DNA of 64,000 bases, taken from assembly GCA_040285855.1 (NCBI GenBank), contig JAUFOQ010000005.1:1984001-2048000 (forward strand), in the 5' to 3' direction. Below, piece after piece: positions 22,424 through 33,253 of this stretch. Positions within the stretch are counted from its first letter, which is position 1; each line of letters starts with the position of its first letter. The translations under genes were made by a program, and so were the position numbers. This DNA is from Eukaryota sp. GEM-RC1. Its lineage: Eukaryota. The notes beneath the pieces are model-generated. The model saw only the letters and a list, made by a program, of their open reading frames with translations. It was not told the DNA's origin and ran no database searches.

Positions 22424-24595
22424 ATGACTATACCTCGTCATCTGCCTTTGTTGAAAAGGAGTCGTTCATCCCCTTCCAGTATCTCCTCTGTGATGTCTAA
22501 CTCTGACGAACTGTCTGTATTGCCTTGAACCACACATCCTTTCTCTAAACGTGTCCAAGTTCAGCAGTGTTTGTTGGTTCTGATTCATCTTAACTTGCTG
22601 AGACGTGTTCTCAAGCGTACTTTCGAAGATAATCATGGCCAAACTAAGCCTCAACTCAATGATTTGAGAAGAGTTTTACCTACATTCTTTGGACAAGTTG
22701 GTTATGTAAGCAATCACTTCCTTGATTCTTCGTTCCAAGCAGTTAAAGTCTATTTTCAATTACACACCTTTCATGCTGATCTTGAAGACATTTCCAAACT
22801 AACTTCACTTGCTTCTTTCGTTGGAGCAGATCTACAATCTGTTTTCTTGTACACTTACGGAAGCTTAAAAATTGAGAAATTTCTCAACTATTCTGGTATA
22901 ATTACAGGATTGAGATTCGAACTAAGGGAACCCTCTGATTTAGAGTTTCTAAACAATTCTTCTTCTTCATTTCCACGTCTTAAGCAGCTAGAAGTAGAAG
23001 TGACGAGACGAAACGCCTCTGTTTCTATGTTATTAATTGAAGTGTTGAAAACCAATACTACAGTTACAAGTGTTAATCTAAGTGAAAACTCTATTGGAGC
23101 TGAAGGTGCCAGAGCTTTGGCAGATGCGTTGAAAGTTAATACTTCAGTTACAAGTGTTAATCTAGGTGTAAACTCTGTTGGAGATGATGGTGTTAGAGCT
23201 TTGGCACAGGCGTTGAAAATTAATACTTCAGTTACAAGTATTGATCTGTGTTACAACTCTATTGGAGCTGAAGGTGCCAGAGCTTTGGCAGAGGCGTCGA
23301 AAGTTAATGCTTCAGTTACAAGTGTTAATCTAGATGGAAACTCTATTGGAGCTGAAGGTGCCAGAGCTTTGGCAGAGGCGTTGAAAGTTAATGCTTCAGT
23401 TACAAGTATTAATCTGAAATACAACTCTATTGGAGCTGAAGATGCCAGAGCTTTGGCAGAGGCGTTAAAAGTTAATGCTTCAGTTACCAGTGTTGATCTA
23501 GGTGGAAACTCTGTCAGAGGTGAAGGTGTCAGAGCTTTGGCAGAGGCGTTAAAAGTTAATGCTTCAATTACAAGTGTTGATCTGAGGTTCAACTCTATTA
23601 GAGATGAAGGTGCCAGAGCTTTGGCAGAGGCGTTGAAAGTTAATTCTTCAGTAACAAGTGTTGATCTGAGGTTCAACTCTATTAGAGATGAAGGTGCCAG
23701 AGCTTTGGCAGAGGCGTTAAAAGTTAATGTTTCAGTTACCAGTGTTGATCTAGGTGGAAACTCTATTGGAGATGAAGGTGTCAGAGCTTTGGCAGAGGCG
23801 TTTAAAGTTAATGTTTCAGTTACCAGTGTTGATCTAGGTCGAAACTCTATTGGATATGAAGGTGTCAGAGCTTTGGCAGAGGCGTTGAAAGTTAATTCTT
23901 CAGTAACAAGTGTTGATCTGAGGTTCAACTCTATTAGAGATGGAGGTGCCAGAGCTTTGGCAGAGGCGTTAAAAGTTAATGTTTCAGTTACCAGTGTTGA
24001 TCTAGGTCGAAACTCTATTGGAGATGAAGGTGTCAGAGCTTTGGCGGAGGCGTTAAAAGTTAATGTTTCAGTTACCAGTGTTGATCTAGGTGGAAACTCT
24101 GTCAGAAATGAAGGTGTCAGAGCTTTGGCAGAGGCGTTAAAAGTTAATGATTCAGTTACCAGTGTTGATCTAGGTGGAAACTCTATTAAAGATGATGCTG
24201 TCAGAGCTTTGGCAGAGGCTTTGAAAGTTAATTCTTCAGTAACAAGTGTCGATCTAGGTGGAAACTCTATTGGAGATGAAGGTGCCAGAGCTTTGGCAGA
24301 GGCGTTGCAAGGTAATTCTTCAATTACAAGTCTTGATCTGGGTCACAACTCTGTTCAAGCTGAAGGTGCTAGAGCTTTGGCAGAGGCGTTAAAAGTTAAT
24401 GTTTCAGTTACCAGTGTTGATCTACGTGGAAACTCTATTCGAGATGAAGGTGCCACAGCTTTGGAAGATGCCTTGAAAGTTAATACCAAAGTTGATTTAC
24501 AGTATTCACATCAAGCCCTATATGATAGTAGTTCAGATGATGCTATTGGTTATGATTATAGTGATGCAACTTATTCTGATTCAGATGATGATTAG
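22424..24595 (+). pseudogene. LRR family copy 4 (17 LRRs) with one premature TGA at codon 35
   Basis: ATG 22424 is in frame with ORF 22571-24595; TGA at 22526-22528 where copy 3 has TCA. The C-terminal tail is identical in protein to copy 3. Confidence 0.88.
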
Positions 24596-27500
24596 AGACC
24601 TAGTTTTCTAGTTCTGGACGATGTTAGACTTTAGAGAGAAACTTATGAGAATAAGAAACCCGTACTATATCATGAATAATTAATCGTAAAAAAATATAAT
24701 AACGCAAATTAACTAAATGATAGAAAACACATTTTACACCCACGTGAGTATGTTGAATCTTTGAATACGTTTACAATTCGTATTGCCAATCGAAGTTAAG
24801 GTGTGTTAAATTTGTAGTTAATTAGTTCAATTTATAAAATTGAATCACAAGTGCAATCAATCAAATGATTGGCCCAAATGATTTCTTCGATGGATATCAC
24901 AATACTCTCAGTCTGATTTCCTAACAGTATACTATTGTTTGAAAGGCTTACCCAAACGGAGAGTTATTTGAACCAATTTCATAAGAATATAAAATATATG
25001 CTTTGAGACTCAGTATTAGTTCCTGAAACTGTGAAAATGATGAGCAGAGAATTCATTGTGTCATTTAGCTTGATATATGAAACAACGAGATTAATATATA
25101 TTTTTGCTCACTCAATGACCTCGCTCTTTGAGTTTGCACTTATCTATTGAAGCATGAAAATTAAATATGCGCCTACGTTTGGGTTTGCTTCCTGCTGAAT
25201 TGCTCGACAATTCTGAATGTGTGGTAGCCATCGTCGTACTGCAACGTTTAGACGTGAACAAATCCATAAATTAATGTTTAGGTGTTACATATTGGCGACA
25301 CTGGCATTTGAAATTATGAGGATGAATATAAGGCCACATAAATGGCCGTAAACTCATGTCCAATGATCAAGAGTTATCATCAAGAAAAAGACCGTAAACT
25401 TGAGGGATTTGAGTAATCAGACATGAAGCAAAACTATTAGAAACATCCATTAAGAAATTTGCAAAGGCGGGATTTTTTTCCTTGGCCATGTCAAGTCGAA
25501 CGTTATAATTCAAGCTTTCAAAAATGTTCTTTAGTTTTTGTTGTAATTTTGCAGACAAAACTGAAGATTAGTCAAACATCTTACAGGTATTTCAGACACA
25601 GATTCTGGGAAACATTGAGATCAAACGTCAAAAGGTAGTTTGATCAACGCGTCGTTTAAGTCATATAAATTATTACCTGAATTGGGGTTAATACGTGAAA
25701 TATCACTAGGAAATCGATTAAACAAATTCAAAACAAAAATTTTTCCGAACCCTAAAAAACTCAGATTTGCAACGTATTGACGAGTATGTATTTTGAACAT
25801 TCTTGAACAATTATTCATTACTTGTACAAAGATATTTGCTCTTTGAGACAAAATTTTGTCATTTTTAGTTGAAAGGCATGGATGTGAAAACACACACAGT
25901 TAAACCGTCCAACGCAAACACACCGTGTGCCAAAATTGTAAACCGTGTGACACACACGGCCCCCGTGGCCGTGTGGCCGTGTGTTGAGTACCTTACTATT
26001 TTTATTTCCAAATTATAGTTCATTGGTTAAGTATTATAGTTGAGCACTAAACAATAACAAGGAGGTTTCCTACCGGAAATACATACAAAACATATGAATT
26101 TGAAATGTTTAAAAGAATGACTGACCGATGATAACGCAATTTTGGAGTGTATAGACAATAAGAATTACTCATTTCAATCAGTGCACAAAGAACCTACTTT
26201 CTGTTCATGAATGCTGATGACTATGCTGTCGTCATTGTATGACTTCGGATACCGATATCTCTCTCTGTTTAGAGACTGCTTCTTTTTGCGAGTTCAGGGC
26301 ATTCTTTTAAAATAGTAATACTAATAATGATACCGTTTGGCTACAAAGGGTAGGGATAAAATGTGTAAAAATAAAGTAACATGAGCTTGTAACACTTCAC
26401 TAACACCTGTCTCTTTCAATAATAATTTATTGGATTACAATTCGATTGCAAGAATTTAACTCTAAAGTTTGATATTGGCCTCTGTATGATCAATGTACTC
26501 TAGTTTAGAGACAGAACACAATTCAAGAATGATTCATCAATATACACTTGACGATTTAAGAAAGTGATCGCTTCACTGAGTGTGGTTGCGGATCAAGTAA
26601 AGTAGCTAATTTCTAACACATCAATCAATGCAAATTCTTCCTCATTTATGTCAATGTAATCTCGGAAATAAATCTGAGTCATAGTGCAATTATCCTTCAA
26701 CAATTCAATCAATGCATGCATTTTCACCAACGTATGTCCCATTATTCTATTTGTTTTTTGGTATTTTGGAATGTTTTTGTCACGTCACAGTGTTGTACGT
26801 TTTAAATATTGTTCAAAGACCTTCATGTAAAAGTGCACCGTACCGGACTTTTTTCTGAAATAATGAGTGACGTGTCTACATCTTGGCATTTGCAAAAGAA
26901 AAACAGTCAGAATTGACGTGCAATTTTGCAACATAAACACATGTGCGATTTGCAAGCCACATCAGTTATATCTGCTTTTAGTATGTGATTAGTTTTCACT
27001 GAATTACCAATCATTCTGAGATTCACTTGCAATGATAATTCTAAGAATGTAAATCCTATGGTACAATTAAGCCTTGCAATTCTGACTGAAAGGTGCTCCA
27101 TGCAGCATTCCTTTAGTAGGGAAGGCGGACTGCAGTTTGTGATTTTTCAACTTTAATTTTTAAAAACAAAACAGCTATAAACTGTACTTGCAACAATAGA
27201 CAGATACACACTAATAAATTCTCTAAATTTCAAATTTTCAATTAAAAGTATAAGAGTACTCTGTAGCATTTGAGCCTGTCATTACTACTACTTCATTCAA
27301 TGCAATCTCACCTTCATCACCAATACGATAATTCATTAGACTAATAAATATTATATTGATCTTGACTTCAAGCACATGAGTCAATGCAATTACTCCTTCA
27401 TACCAATGGAGTTATCATCTAAATTAATCTGAGTAACTGTGAAATTAACTGTCAACGATTCAGACATTGTCACGAGTCCTTCATCCCAACAGAGTTCAAT

Positions 27501-27864
27501 TTGAAATCAATCTGAGTAGTAGTTCGATCTACTTGCAATTTTGGCACATTGGAATGGATTATTATACAGATATTCTTGATGTGACACGTCATCAAAAAGA
27601 ACAGTCTATTACAATGAAGTCGATCAATGATATACACTAGCATGTATTTTGAACACAACAACACCTCGCTTTGATGACAAGTATCAGAATGTCTGCGAGA
27701 TGGATTCATAATGGAAGAAATAGATTCACTGCCAATACTGCTCCTCTACTGACTGGAGAGTCCGGATGGTCCTTGGATCAATACCAAGTGGGGATGGTAG
27801 ACAGTAGTAACTGACTACTGGTAAGTTCAGAGAATGAAGAAAGTTTTCATTTTGTGATTTATCA
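24596..27864. repeat. Segmental-duplication spacer, copy B (empty Gypsy site)
   Basis: Near-identical to copies A and C; uninterrupted GTATGACTTCGGATACC. Confidence 0.9.
27280..27470 (-). pseudogene. Old divergent LRR gene relic, head-to-head with the LRR family gene (also ~47690-47880, partial ~21990-22060)
   Basis: Minus strand translates, with one frameshift, to MSESLTVNFTVTQINLDDNSIG/EGVIALTHVLEVKINIIFISLMNYRIGDEGEIAL. Confidence 0.7.
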
Positions 27865-28994
27865 ATGACCACACCTCCCTCTGAACCTTTGCAAAGGAGT
27901 CGTTCATCCTCTTCCAGTATCTCCTCTGAGATGTCTAACGGTGACGCACTGTCTACATTGTCTTCAACCACACGTCCTCCCTTTAAACGTGTCCGTGTTC
28001 AGCAGAGCTTGGTGATTCTGATTCATCTTAACTTGCTGAGACGTTTTCTCAAGCGGACTCTTAAAAATATTCATGATCAACCTCAGCACCATCTCACTGT
28101 TCTTAAAACGGTTCTACCTACATTCTTTGGACAAGTTGGTCATGTAAGTAAACACTTCCTTGATTCTTCCTTCCAAGCAGTTCAAATGTATTTTGAAGTT
28201 CACACCTTTCATACTGATCTTGAACACCTTCCCAAACTAATTTCACTTACTTCTTTCTTTGAAGCAGATCTACAATCTGTTTTCTTGCACGCTGATGGAA
28301 CCTTAGAAATTGAGAAATTTCTAAATTATTCTGGTCTAATTACAGGATTGAGAATCGAACTAAGGGAACCCGCTGATTTAGAGTTTCTAAACACTTCTTC
28401 TTCTTTATTTCCACACCTTAAGCAACTAGAGTGGAAGTGGTTTTAAACCGCTCTCTTTCTATGTTATTGATAGAAGCGTTGAAAACCAATACTACAGTTA
28501 CAAGTGTTAATCTAGGTAGCAACTCTATTGAAGATGAAGGTGCCAGAGCTTTGGCAGAGGTATTGAAAGTTAATGTTTCAGTTACCAGTGTTAATCTGGA
28601 GTCCAACTTTATTGGAGATGAAGGTGTCATAGAGTTGGCAGAGGCATTGAAAGTTAATACTTTAGTTACCAGTGTTAATCTGAGGGAAAACTTTATTGGA
28701 GATGACGGTGTCATAGATTTGGCAGAGGCATTGAAAGTTAATGTTTCAGTTACCAGTGTTAATCTGGAGTCCAACTTTATTGGAGATGAAGGTGTCATAG
28801 AGTTGGCAGAGGCATTGAAAGTTAATACTTCAGTTACAAGTGTTAATCTGTGGGATAACTCTATTGAATGTGAAGGTGCTAGAGCTTTGGCAGAGGCTAT
28901 AAAAGTTAATCCCAGGGTTGAAATAGAGTATTCCCTGGATGACGACAGCAGTGATGCAAACGATGATTTTGGTTATCAGTACAACGTGTTCTGA
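27865..28994 (+). pseudogene. LRR family copy 5 (5 LRRs), single frameshift at ~28430
   Basis: ORFs 27865-28446 and 28431-28994; CTAGAGTGG versus family CTAGAAGT, one A missing, possibly a sequencing error. Confidence 0.85.
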
Positions 28995-29689
28995 TTCTAA
29001 TGATGATTTTTAATTTGATTGATTAAATCTGACGTAGTTTTCTAGTTTTGGATAATGTTGAACTTTAGAGAGAAACTTATGAGTTTAAGAAATCAACACG
29101 GATAGCTGGTCGCAAATGAATATATTAACTGAAATTAACTAACTGACAGAAAACACGTTTGGTGTATTACATGGGCATATTGAATATTTAATAATTAAAT
29201 TACACGCCTCATAGCCCACCGAAGTTTTTCTTCTATTTAGTTGGTATAATAAAGACCAACTAAAATAACTGTTTTGATTTTGTAGACATTACTTGCATTT
29301 ATGTTGGCTGGTGGTGAATCCTTGCTCAGGTTCAGTGTAGACACTTCTTAATTATTTTTTAATATTTATAAGTAAGAACTAAGTAATGTTTATATACGAA
29401 GGGGGCAAAACTAAGTCTCAAAATTAAAGCTATGACGCACCTGAAATGGGAAATTCGTGTCCAGCAGCATTGCAGTTTCTCTTACAACTGTAAGGAAAAT
29501 TTGACTTACTAAATTGTGGATGGTAACCATTGTACTTAAACTAATAGAGTTCATATAGTCATGGTTGATTAAAGTGTTAGACTTGTTATGACCAATGAAA
29601 ATAGTTTTCGTTTGTACAAATACATTATGTTGGATGTTTTTTCTAAGAGCTCTGTAGCATTTCTGCTAATCTAATTTTTTGGTGATAAG

Positions 29690-29990
29690 TCCTGGCGGTA
29701 AAAATAACGTTTGCGTTCATGTATTTTGCCTAATAATCTTCCTCATACTGTGAAATGCCAGTGTTGATAATGTGCAACTCACATCCATAAATTGAATTGT
29801 AACCGTCATTTGTTTTTTAGAAGTATGGTTCACGATTCAGTAAGTCATAAACTAAATAGTCTGTGTAAATCGTATGGAACAGTTTTGTATTAACAGCTAT
29901 TTTTGGCTGGTATGTTTGATGATACGGACAAATCGTTTGGAAACAATCACGAAAGTTTCTGATAACCTGGTTTTGATGGTTCTATCATTT
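29690..29990 (+). mobile_element. Highly degenerate CRE-like non-LTR relic
   Basis: LPNNLPHTVKCQC and FRSMVHDSV resemble WPSNLPNDLQCKC and YRTCIHDAV of 30767-31189. Confidence 0.5.
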
Positions 29991-30689
29991 TGTTTTGTCC
30001 ACTGATGCTTTCAATGATTCCACTAATAGACCTGTCAAATTCAACGTTAAAAACACCCCTTGTAAGTGGTGAACAATTCAATATGGAATAATGGTGTGTT
30101 AATTGGACAGTATTGCACTCAGTTGCACACTCGAATCAGCAACTTAAACACTCGACAAATTATCGTCATCAGTTAAAACTGCTTTTAATATATGATCATG
30201 GTCCACAGACCTACCAATTCTGTTGAGCATCATTTGTAGTGATTGTTCTAAGGATGTAAAGACTCTTTATGCGGTACCATAAAGGTAACCTTTTGCAAAT
30301 GCATTATTTCACAGTAATGATAGTAAACGCTACGTTTCAGTGAAGACTAACACATAACAAAATTGAATCTAACACGTGTTAACACGTGTTAACACGTGTT
30401 TGCGTTACAAGAATTTTTCCTGGTTTCTGGTTCAGCGATAAATAAACAAAAGAGATTTTCACATCATCCAGACCGACAATGGTAACCGAGGCATTAGAAG
30501 TTAATCATAGAGTTGCAATAGAGGGTGTCAGCTCAATAGATTGTAATTGTAGTTTTTTGATATATAATTGTTCTCATTGTCCTTTAACTACACTGTATAT
30601 ATTGGTCTAAATCTGAAGAGTGTGAAGGTATTGAATTTCTAAGTGGTTTTCTATGACTGTTGTATTAATTCAAGAAGATTTCAGTACAA

Positions 30690-31553
30690 GTAAATTCGAC
30701 TTGGCTCGGCCAAAGAAAAAAATCCAGCATTCGCAAATTCTTTAATCGATTTGAAGGACAGTTGCTTTGATTAACCAAATTCCTCAGATTTATGGTTTGT
30801 TGTTGAATGATCATCAATGGACTACAACATTCAGACTTCGATGTTTCTTGTGGCCCTCTAATTTACCCAATGATCTTCAATGTAAATGTGGTAAATTAGT
30901 TACTTTTTCTCACCTTTTCAGTTGTAATCGTTTCATTACTTATAGAACTTGTATTCATGATGCTGTCAGAGATCAAATTCATGCCATGTGTAAGTCCTAC
31001 AAAATCGAATCTTTTGTTGAGCCACTGTTGAGATCACTGGAAATCAATAATTTAAAAAATAGTGATTCTGATAAGACTTTTGGTAAAAGAAGAGCTGATG
31101 TTATAGTTCCATCAGTCAATGATGAACTAACCGTTGTTGATGTGATTACTGTGGATGTTTGCAAAAAAAAGTGCATTCAAGGATGCTAAAAATGAAGTTT
31201 CTCCACTGAATTCTTCAGAACAATACAAGAGAAACAAATATGATGAACCATTGACTGCTCTTAAACATATTAGACATGTTGAGTACAAATTATGTCCTTT
31301 TACAATTTCAATTTATGGTCGACTTGGTAGAGATGCTCTTTGTTTTCTCTCTGATTTTGAGAAAAAAGTCAAAAAAAGAATGAACAAGAAATTTGATTTC
31401 AAATTTTGGTTGAATTGTATTGTTTTTACAATCTTTAAAACAATTCCTATCATGATTTCAAAAGCTCTATTAGCTCTCAGTGTTTTTTATGAAAAAAAAG
31501 CTGATGTGAGTTTTAATGGCAATGATTGTTGCTTTAATGATATTGAGTTCTAG
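30690..31553 (+). mobile_element. 3' part of a second CRE-like non-LTR family (zinc finger + restriction-like endonuclease)
   Basis: CKCG...HLFSC, HDAVRD, EP, RRADV...VVDV, KRNKY, PFTISIYGRLG; frameshift at an A-run ~31165. Minus-strand 3' fragment at ~62520-62700 and a small piece at ~49878-49932. Confidence 0.85.
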
Positions 31554-31606
31554 TATTTGTGTTTTTGTTCCATAAATATAGTTTACAAGTAGTTTTATGT
31601 TAATAG

Positions 31607-32632
31607 CATGGAACGCAAATGTTCCGTACCGGAGCGATTTTCGACGTACCGTACCGTACCGTACGTACGGACGTACGGACGTACGGTACGTGTACCGGTA
31701 CTGTACTTTTGACCGACTAACATACATTATTACTATTTTGAACATGATGATCCAATGTGAGATTTTAACCATCGTCGTGTATTTAACTGTTAGACATGGC
31801 TCAGGATATCAAGATCACGATTGTTACACTCAGTCGAATTTGGGGTACATCATTGATGGCCACAACTTTCCCAAAATGATATTAGTTCACACGAAGCTCA
31901 TGAATCACATAAAATCAAAAACAATATCATCTTCAACTTCGTTAACAAAATTTTAGACGAAAACTATTCAGCTCTTGAAACTGCTGAAAGGAAAAAATTA
32001 GATCGTTATGGCGAATAAATTTCCAAGATGAATTCTCGCCGACACAATCCTTTTGTTTTCCATCCTTTTGCTATTTCTCTTTATGGTAAGTTTGGTTGCT
32101 TCGGTCAACAATTTTTCACTGATTTTGGCAAATTGTGTAAGCAGTATGGAAAGAATTTTAATGAAAGTTACTGGAGAGGAAGGTTGTAGTTTTCCCTTTT
32201 CAAAGCATTGTTCAGGTATTTTGATTCAATTTTAAACCGTCTCTTTGCATTGAGACATGAATTTGAGATGATATAGAGGTATTTGTATCTCATTTGTTAA
32301 TATTGATGATAGTTTGTATTTGTAAGAGTAAATAAAAGGCGTTTCTTCTTCAACTTACAATGCAATAAACGAGTGAGTACTACGAAATATACCATAACAA
32401 AGAGCCCAAAAACCCAAAAATTGTATGTCTAAACTATTAGAATGCACAGAAGCCAATTGCAATAGTACTATGTTTGACGAGGGAATAAACTTCCACTCCA
32501 AAATTTGTATTTGTAAATCATTTTAGGTCATTCAAAAATGGGCTTCAAATAAAATCAAATCACATCGGTACGGATAAACAAAATCGGTACGTACCGATCC
32601 GTACCGTACGTACCACAGATTTGCGCACATTG
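31607..32632. mobile_element. Non-autonomous hAT element (1026 bp)
   Basis: 8-bp TSD GTTAATAG (31599-31606, 32633-32640); imperfect TIRs CATGGAACGCAAAT / ATTTGCGCACATTG; subterminal CGTAC arrays at both ends. Confidence 0.88.
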
Positions 32633-32824
32633 GTTAATAGTCATTTCTTTTGTAGAATTGTTTGTGGACCAATATTACAATCTATTACAAAGGTCAATCA
32701 AAAAAGCAGTGAACTCGCGATTAATAGTTTTGGCCAAGCTGATAAGATTACAAAGGACGTTCAATCTGAATATTCAATCTGGATAACGAAGTCTTAGAAT
32801 TCTGATCCTGATGCAATAAACATG

Positions 32825-32897
32825 GCTCCAATGGCTCAGTTGGTAGAGCATTCCTTTAGTAAGGGAAAGGTCCAGAGTTCGAATCTCTGTTGGAGCA
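32825..32897 (+). tRNA. trnT: tRNA-Thr(AGT)
   Basis: Acceptor stem GCTCCAA/TTGGAGC, D-arm GCTC-AGTTGGTA-GAGC, anticodon arm TTCCT-TTAGTAA-GGGAA, T-arm CAGAG-TTCGAAT-CTCTG, discriminator A, then T5 terminator. Confidence 0.97.
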
Positions 32898-33030
32898 TTT
32901 TTAGTATCTGTATGTAATTCTACTTTGCCTTTTATGAGCAGCCTTTTTCCAGTCAAAACTCCCAATCCTTGTCCCCTGCTTAGTCAATGCTACATGTAGT
33001 AATTGAATCCAGTAGTACGGTTCGGATCAC

Positions 33031-33179
33031 ACTACTACACTGGTTTGTCTAATTTGTCTCACTGAGACTAATTTGCAAGGAAGTTTTCATCATCATTTTT
33101 AGAATTAGTCTCACTGAGACTATTTATCTGATGAGACTAATTTGCTGATGAGACTAATCAGACAAACCAGTGTAGTAGT
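33031..33179. mobile_element. 149-bp MITE-like element with perfect 20-bp terminal inverted repeat
   Basis: ACTACTACACTGGTTTGTCT / AGACAAACCAGTGTAGTAGT; internal GAGACTAAT repeats; no clear TSD. Confidence 0.65.
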
Positions 33180-33253
33180 CTGTCTTTTTAGAACAAAAAT
33201 TTGTATCCCCACTATATACCCAAACTTAACCTGTTGAACTTGTCTTAACTGAC

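Noticed and set aside
22526..22528. Stop-codon reassignment or selenocysteine
   Set aside because: A single TCA>TGA change relative to paralogs. TAA, TAG and TGA all terminate genes here, and long conserved ORFs lack in-frame stops.
23251..23928. Antisense ORFs over LRR arrays (also 5471-5896, 6238-6603, 11739-12089, 28418-28798, 48726-49088, 55480-55824)
   Set aside because: Shadow frames of a stop-poor repeated unit; no independent coding evidence.
23050..24490. 84-bp periodic repeats as a CRISPR array or DGR template/variable pair
   Set aside because: Units are in-frame LRR codons without unique spacers. Variation is not evidently adenine-restricted, and the nearby RTs are Gypsy and CRE types. 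No cas genes; the context is eukaryotic.
31597..31956. ORFs in MITEs (31597-31956, 43896-44222, 44414-44596, 52729-52938)
   Set aside because: Translations of subterminal repeats and AT-rich filler with no domain signal.
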